A stretch of DNA of 64,000 bases from Schmidtea nova (Eukaryota). Positions 48,801-57,800 of this stretch are shown in pieces; the stretch's first letter is position 1, and every line of letters begins with the position of its first letter. Under the pieces are notes generated by a model that was not told the DNA's origin, did not search any database, and saw only the letters and a program-made list of their open reading frames with translations. Position numbers and translations under genes: made by a program. The stretch is from the NCBI GenBank assembly GCA_044892505.1, contig CM097883.1, forward strand, positions 257,238,001 through 257,302,000. Direction: 5' to 3'.

Positions 48801-51800
48801 TTATCTCTCAATGTTTCAAAGGCTGTTTGTTGTTCGCTTCCCCATATGAACGATACGTCTTTCTTTACTAGCTCCTGGATTGGTTTTGCAATCCCTGCGT
48901 AATCCTTTATGAATTTTCTATAGTAACCGCATAATCCGAGAAATTCTTGGATCTGCGTTATCGTCTTTGGTACTGGACATTCTTTTACTTTATCAATGTT
49001 TCTGGGATCTGGTTCCTTTCCTTTTGCGGACACAATATGTCCTAAGAATGTCACTTTCTCCTTTGCCCAATCGCATTTCGATGGTTTGAGCTTGAGTTTC
49101 CATTGTCTCAATCTAACAAATACATCTCTGATATCTTGGATGTGTTGTTCAAATGTGCTTGAGTAGATCAGTAGGTCGTCAATGTAAACCATGCATTGTT
49201 TTATGCCGTGGGTAACGAAATTCATACATCTTTGAAATGATGCTGGCGCATTGGTTAGTCCGAATGGCATTTTCCTAAATTGGTACAAGTCTCTTCCGAT
49301 AGTGAAAGCAGTTTTCTCTTTGTCTTCCTCCTTCATTTTAATTTGCCAGTATCCGCTTTTCAAATCCAATGATGTAAAATATGCCGCTCCTTGTAATGTC
49401 AATAACATCTCGTTGATGTCCGGTAATGGGTAGGTATCCCTTTTTGTAACTGCATTTAATCTCCGATAATCGATACAAAATCGTTGTGTTCCGTCTTTCT
49501 TTTTCACCATTACAACTGGGAATTGCCACGGTGAGCAGCTTGGTTCAATTACTTCTGCGTCTAGCATTTTCTGTACCTCTGCTTCTGCTACTGATTTTTG
49601 CGCTTCAGCTAACTTGTATGGTCTTAACGCAATAGGCGTTTCGTCTGTTAGGGGAATCGTATGTAGTGTGACGTCGCATGTCCCTAGATCTAAATCGAAT
49701 GCTGCGAATATATCTTTATATTCTATCAGTAATCTTTCTAGCTGCTTCTTTTGATCCTCATTTAATAGTTGGCTATCAATGTTCCAAGTGGGTTCCTCCT
49801 CTTTTACTCCTTCTTTTATTGGTATTTCGATATCCATCATTGGAGTTAGTTTACCTAGTCTTTCATTTTCATAAATTATTTTATCCTCTTCATCGAAATT
49901 TACTACAGTTATTGGGATTTCTCCGTTGTCATTCGCACTCACTAATCCCCTTGCCATTGGCAACGACTTTCTCTTTTCAAATCTTTTACTGGGTTCAAAA
50001 ATCATGTCACCTTCTATTGTAGGGTCTATTTTTACGAAGCATATTTTCTCTCTCCGTGCTGGTACGATTATTTGTTTCGAACTTGTTACTTTTGCTTCTA
50101 TTGCGCATATCTGTCCTGTCCTATCCTTTAATCTCATTGTTCCGAGGTCAATAACTATTTCTTTAAATAATGCTGGCATCAGATCCGTGCCTATAATGCA
50201 TGGTACGCTCAGTGCTGGTATTACTGCTACGTACGTTTCGATTTCCGTGTTTTGATGTTTTATCTTTACCCACCATCTTCCGGCAACTTCTACTACTTCT
50301 TTACTGCATGCTATTACGTGAACGTTGGTTCTCTCAATATCCCGTCTTTGTTCTTGTGGTATCCATTTTATATCTATTGCTGAGATATTTGCTCCTGTAT
50401 CAATCATCGCTTCAATTTCCCTTCCGTTAATTTCGATTGTTGTAGTTAATACTGGACCGGTGTTTGATGACATTACTGCAATTGTATGTGAGTCTCCTTG
50501 CGGATCTACGCTTCTGCACCGTCTCGTTCTATAGTCTTCTGGTATCATAGGATATATGTTTGTCATCGGCATCATTTGCATTGTATTTTGTCTCATCCCT
50601 GGTGTTGGTTCTTGGTACATGGTTGGTGGGGGTGCGTAACACTTCCACATTTCCGCTGGATTCTTTTCGACATACTGTGGTACTTGATTTTTAAATACTT
50701 GACCTCCTTCGTTATCATCATCATCGTCGTCACTGGAATCGTCTTGGGTTCTGTACCCTTTCATTCTTTCCCATAGTCCTTTTCTCTCTTTCTTTAGTTG
50801 TTGTCTTGCTTGCTCGTTATTCATTATCTTTTTAAATTTTCGTCCCACCTCTTCATCGGTTCCTTTCATTTTTGCCAGTATTTTTAGGAGTCTCTTTATT
50901 CGGTGAATATCTTTCGAATGACCGTGTAATACCATTGTTTTAGCCAGAAATGGTAAGAATCCTACCACCAATTTCCAATTTACTTTCTTTTCTCTTTTAT
51001 AGATGTCAAAACAGGCTAACATTTGCGTTATTATTACCCGTATTATTTGTATAATTAGTATAACACCAAGTATTCCTGCCATCATTTGTCCAAATATTAA
51101 AAATCTTCCCCACATCGCTTTCATCATGTTTTCCGTTGCCTTCTTAAAGTGGGCTGGTGACAATAATAATTCGTAATTTGGTCCACCTTGGTAATTTGTT
51201 CCTCCTGTTATTGTTACAATACTGGATAACACCGCTTCTCGTCTTGCCGGAAATAGTATGTTTTGTCTTGCTGCTTCTAAATCCTTTGCGCTATAGAATC
51301 CCATATTGCTTACGTCTACGTCTTTAAATTTTCGTCCTTTTGATAGTTGCATCAATTCAAATTCCCTTGGTGCTGGTACCTCTGTTCTTGACGGAAACAT
51401 AACCCAATTTCCGTCTGGTTTTTGGTATAGTGGTCCATATGCGTTGCTGCAATTGAAAGGATTTGGTTCGAAGCTTATTGGATTTATGATTCTTGTCACT
51501 GGTTGTACATATCTTACTTTCCCTTTATATTCGATTTCTAGTTCGTTAGTACACTGACCTGGTTGTAGTTTTGTCATTGTCGCTACCTTCGCATTTGTCT
51601 TTTTACATATGTATACGTACATGACCTCTCCGACTACTCTTCCAAAATGACCTTCTCTTAATGGTAATAATGGCATTGCACTATCCGGGTTTGTGATTGC
51701 TACTGCTAATTTTGTCTTTAATATTTCCCTATTTAATATGCAATCGTTGTTTATTAAATCGTAATACACTTTTTGTAGTGACGCTTGTCCTCTATGGAAT

Positions 51801-54800
51801 AGAAAATCCATTTTATTGTTCATGTAAAGGTGTAATTTAACATCGTTCGTGTGTACTTTGCGTTTCGCACTAGGTACTTCTTGTTTTGATACAAAAATGC
51901 CGGGGTAGTTGGTTTCCAACATGGCTACTCCGCATTTCAAGGCTGTTTTTCCTTTTACAAACCTCATTCCGATATCTGCATCTGAGGTAATTAGTACCGT
52001 TGGTGTATTTCTCATTTTAATTTGTTTTTCTTGTGTTCGGGTTTCAATCTTTTTCTCTCCCCGTACTGTGTCTTGAAGTATTTTTCCTCTTGCTGCCTCG
52101 TCTTCTTCTTCCTCTTGGAAGGTTTTCCCTTGTATCTCATCGAATTCTGCTTCCTTTAACAGTTGTAGTTGACATTCCTTTCCTCGTATCTGGTAGGTTA
52201 GGGTTGACATACCAGTCTGACAAGTGTTTGACTCGATTTTGCACATAGGTAGAGTTTTCATTTCTCCCGTCGTTGGATCGAAGAATGCCTCGTACGTTTT
52301 TAGTTCCACTGTATACGTATCTATTACCACTAGGTTTGTTGCTGCTACTCCGAATATTGGATATGTTGCTCCTTGGCAGTACCCTTCTCCTCCCGTAATA
52401 GCTCCTGCTACATAATATGTTTGTTGCAATATCACTCCCGTTTTTCCTCTTATCTTTACTCTATCTCTAGTCTCTACTTCTCCATGTTTAAATAATTTTT
52501 CACAGTCTTCTCCTTGCAGCATTACCGATTCTCTTTCCGTTCCTGGCATCACGATTGCTGAATAATGGCGGTGCCCACAATAAAAAGCAAATCTGGTTTT
52601 ATAAACTTTGCATTCTCTGACCATTGTTCTTATCAGTTCAGCTTCCTGATATACGTGGTATAATTGTCTCTTTTTTAATGTTTTTAGCTCCGTTGGGGTT
52701 GCGTCTTTACATTGTTCTGTCCCTCGTAATGAGTATTTTTCACCTAATGCCATTTGATCACAATCGAATACTTCAAATGCTGTTGCTCCGTCAGTACTAA
52801 TCATCCATATTAACATCATCATAATGATAGAACTCAGGTTTAGTGATGATTTCCCGTTTCCTGTTCCCGACTTTTCCTTTTCCAATTCTCCCAATATCTC
52901 TTCGAATTTCTTTTTCATATTTTTGGCTTGGTTTTTCTTTTGGTTCGTTTTTGTGAATGTTTCCCATCCTCCTTTACTGATGATGTACGGTTCTATTTCT
53001 TTCTCTATAATTTTGGCTGTATTCTTTATATGTCTTTCAAGTGCTGTGGGTTTCAGTCGACCTCTACTCAGTGTCAGCAGATTGTAGATGGTGTATGCCA
53101 TAGCTATTAAATATTTGTTATCCGTCTCTGCTCCTTCCGTTAACTTCTTTATCAACATCGTGGTTCCTTGCCAATCTAGGTGGTTTGACCTTGTCTTCTC
53201 TTTTATTAGTTCTGGTAGGATTGGTGCGATGGCGCTATGCAGTGATTTCGCCCTTTCGCTTATTTCATTTATTCTCCACCATTTCTTTAATTCCGGATCG
53301 ATTATTGCCAGTATTTCCATTAACATCTTTGATATCCATTCCTCGCCTTGGTATGTTTGTGTTGTTTCTTTTTCTTTCGTTACGGCTATTTTATTTAGTT
53401 TCTTTAGACACAAATCCCATTGATCCCGTCTTTTTTCCTCTCTTGATTTTATAACTACATTTGCTGGATCCATCTTGGGTCTACCTCTAGGTCGTTTATC
53501 CATTGTCGTGCCCGTTTCTACTAATCTTGTTTCTCGTCCAGTTTCTTCTGTGACGTCTCTTGGTTCATTGGCTCTTTCTTCTAACCATCTTTCCATTTCT
53601 TGTGTGAATTGTACGTTTTCTACATTTGCCCTCCTTGTTTCCTCTTCTGCTATTTCATTTACTTCTTCGATGATTATTTCTTGTTCAACTTCATCTTCGG
53701 TGTTGGTTACCGGTATTGCTGTTGGTAATTCCTGAATTCTTTCGAAAATATTATCATCTTTCTCTTTTGTTAGCTCTATTAACTCCTCTAACATATCATC
53801 GCTATCTGTAAAAATTTCGTCTACATCGTATGGTTCTGGTGGTGTTCTTTCTCTTGTCTCTCTTGGTGTTGTTCTAGCTTGTTCTGAGCTTGTTCCTGGA
53901 GTCCTTACCGATTTCATTGGGCTCGGCGTACTCATACTTCCTTTTGGTTTCTTTTCCTCTTTCAATTTCAATGGTTGACCTGCTATTGCTGCTACTGTCA
54001 ATGTATTTGCGATATCTAATTGCGCTGGCGTTATTCCAATTTCTAAGCTGTTATCTAATGATCGTCCTTGGTGTTGTAAATGGAATGGTGGTTCATATCT
54101 CAATTTCTTTTTAATGTCTCGAACTTTCTCCGCTATCCCTACCCAAAACTCTTCCTTTTCTTGGTTCGGATATACTATTCTTAGGTGTACTTTCTGTGGC
54201 GATTCCTGCGAGAATTCTTGGTTTCTCCATTTTTTAATTACGTGATCCAATTGTTCTGGACACCACTCGTTAACTCTTTTGTATTCGGCGATTGCTTTTG
54301 CTACTTTACGCAAGCATGTTATGTCTTCTCCATTAACTACGAAAAAATCTGCGAGACCTTTTACTACTTTTCTCTTGCCGTGCGCATTGGTTTTTAATAT
54401 TTCGACAAATTCTTCCGTTTTTTGTTTTTCTCTTTCCAACCACATGGTTGTCGTTTCTGGTCCGTCTAAATCTGCTGGCATGGCTTTTCTTGTTACCATA
54501 CAGACTCTTCCGGTTTCCGGTTTGTGATCGTCTTCTATGCCTATTCCGTATTCCTCTTCGTATTCGCCTGCTTTTGGTTCCCAACATTTTCCTCGTTCGT
54601 TCCATTGTTTTTCTACAGGTGTTCGTAATCGTCTGTTGAGATTGAGTTCTTCTAATACATCTTCCCATTCTGGCCAAATCCGCCAATTTCGATAAATGTC
54701 TACTATTTGTTGTAATTTATGCACAACTTCTTTTTGTCGTTCCCGTTCTCTTTTCTCATCCTTAGCAGTTTCTCTTGGTGTATCGTCCATTCTGATAACG

Positions 54801-57800
54801 TGGATGGTTTGGTGATTATCCCATATACCAATTTTATATAGCCGTCTTTCATCGTGATCCCATAATACATGTTCGTTGTATTTCATGATTATGTCATCTT
54901 CCCATTCTTCTTCTGGTTCTCTTTGTAATAGTGTCTCGTTGATGACATTTACTAATTCTTTTATGGTACAATCTGCTACCACTTCAATTTCTTTGGTATC
55001 CTCATTAGGTAACTCTACTGCAATTTTCAGATCTGTTATTTTCCCTTGTCTGAACATTGCTTTTCCCATTTTTGCAATTACTTTTCCGTATGAGATCTGT
55101 GACCATCTCGTGTGACTTGTGTCACGTATGCATTCGATACATCGTTTCAACTTTTCGTATTCGCTTCTCATTAACTCCTTTCTATGTTTTTTGATTTGTG
55201 GGATGATTTGTTCTATCATGGAATTTAGATTTCCTCGTAAGATTCGTCCTTTCTCATATTCTAACCGTGGTTTTATCTTCCTCTCGAAACACATATTTGC
55301 TTCTTTTGCTACTTCTTGTAGGTTCTCTTCTCTCTTATCATCGCATATCGATAATGTTGTCACCTCTCCTGGCCATATGCCTGTTTCTATCAAATGCGTC
55401 CTTTTCTTCACTAGTCCATTCTGTGAATAGAGGAATTTGTTTTTATATGAACTCCCTAATCTGTCTTCCACCCATTGATAAATATCTTCCGTGAGTGGAG
55501 TTTTGATCCAAATCCTTGGCAAACATGTTTTTATCTCTATTAGGATTATATATTCATGGAGTGGTTCTTTTAATAATTTTCCTACGTATTGGCTTAGTGT
55601 TTCTACTTCCCGGCCTGGTAACCACTCTTTATAGTTCATTTGTAATATTGCTCTCATGAATTTTCTATAGTGTTTCTTGTCAATGAATTCCTCATTATAT
55701 ATTACTTCTAGCGTATTATCTAATAATTTCTGGATCTCGTCTTCTTTTACTTGAATAGTTTCTGGTGTCTTTACTACTTCTATCTTTTTGTCTTCAATTT
55801 CCGGTTCGTCTAGCATGTCCCCTGCTAGACTACTGACGTCACTATCCTCTTCATCGTCTGAAAAATTCTTTGCCTGGCCTCTCAACATGTTAATGTGTTT
55901 TATCTGGTTAATTTCACTTGGTGTATTTTCCGTTGGTCTTGTTTCACTTTTAATAGCTTTTTGTGTTGATTCACTCTTGTCGTCTACTACTTCGACCTTT
56001 CTCAATTTTCGTTCTAACTCGTCTATTTCTCCCAACCGTCTTCGTATCATTTTCCCTTTAAATATTCGACTGATTCGTGTTTCGTGACGCACTGGCGATG
56101 GAATTCCTTCTGGTTCTATTTCCTTGATTACCATCACATTTCTTTTTGTCTCTACTACTCCCATGTTTTCCCATGTATCCGTTAGTTTCAATTTTACTTC
56201 TGGTGCACCTTCTATTTTTAGGAATGCTTCTCTGGGCAGTTTCGTTACTCCTGGAGCCATTTCATTCACTTTATTGAACAATATTTCTACTTCTTCCTTT
56301 ATGTTATATTGGAATCGAAACACGTGCTTGTTTGGCAAAATTACCATCATTCCTCTTTTCCCGAGTTTCCTTTTCTCTTCTTGGTTCCCTTCTTTTTCTA
56401 CTTCCTTTTCTGTTTCTTTTTCTGCTTCTTCATCTTCTTGTATTATCTCTTTTCGGCCTTCGTTGTTGGTTGGATTTGGGTTTGTTGGATTTATTTCTGG
56501 TACAGTCTCTTTCTCGTGGGTATTTGTTTGATTGGTTGCTCTCATCATATTAATTCTTAGAGGTTGTCGTTCTCTTTCTTGCTGTTTTTGTTCCTCTTCT
56601 CTTTGTATTCTTGCCCATTCCTGAGCATGTCGTGCTTGACTTTCCCGATTCAATCGTTCGTTTTCGCTTTCTATTTTTCTCATCATATTGATTTGTTGTT
56701 GACCTGTTTGCGGATTTCCTCTGGTTGTATTGTTTATCAGCTCCGTCAATCTTTGGACCTCTTGCATTAAATGTATCTCTTTAGTGGTATTTTTATTTTG
56801 GTTATTATTATTACTATTTGGTTGGTTTCCGTATTCCGGTTGGTTTCCATTATTTGGCTGATTTCCATAATTCTGTCGGTTTCCACCAGTTGGTTGGTTG
56901 CCATAGTTTTGTCGGTTTCCGGTATTCTGCCAGTTTCCTCGTTGATTGCTTCTTTGTCCGCAATTTCTTGATAGGTGTCCAGGCCGTCCACAATTAAAAC
57001 AGGTTATTGTGTAACATCTGCTCTCTGAATGCCCTTTTACTCCACATTTTCCACAATTCAAGTTCTGATAACATTCTTGTTGCCAATGTCCCAATTTCCC
57101 ACATGTTTTGCATTGTTTCGTTGGTCCTTGGGGGTTGTAATTGTTTTGATTTCCGTAATTTGATACTTTATTCCCTTCATTCCTTCGTTGCGGTGGTGGT
57201 CGGTTTAATTGTTGTGAATTTGGAATGTGGTTATTCAGGTTCACTTCTTGTTCGTTTTGTGCTGTATCCATAGCTAAATAGATTCTACCATCATTTCCTA
57301 TCATGTGTAGTTCAAATCTATTAGCTGTTTCTAGTGCTTGGTCGATGGTTTTACAACCTTGACATCCAACTTGCGCTCTTATGTCGGGTCTTCTTAATCC
57401 TCCCACAAAGATAGCTGCCATTAACTCCTCATTTATTGGGCTGTCTTGATTAAAGATCAACTTTGCTAACTTTTTCAATTCGCTTGCATATACCGCATTC
57501 GATTCATTTATCTTTTGTTTCCTCATTGAGAATTCCGTGAATGCCTCATTCAATACTTTATTTATTCCAAAGGTTTGTTGGAAAAAGTCCTTTATCGCTG
57601 ACCAACTTGTAGGTGGATTAGTTCCATTCTTTGCTTCCAAATATAGATCTAATGCGCTATCTTTCAAATATAGCTGAATTCTGCTTACAGTTGTTTCTGG
57701 TTTCCACTTGCATACTTCCACGAATATGCCAAATTCCTTTAAGAAAGTTTCTAATTTACTCGCATCTCCATTAAACGGTTCTCCGGAAAATTTGTCTTTT

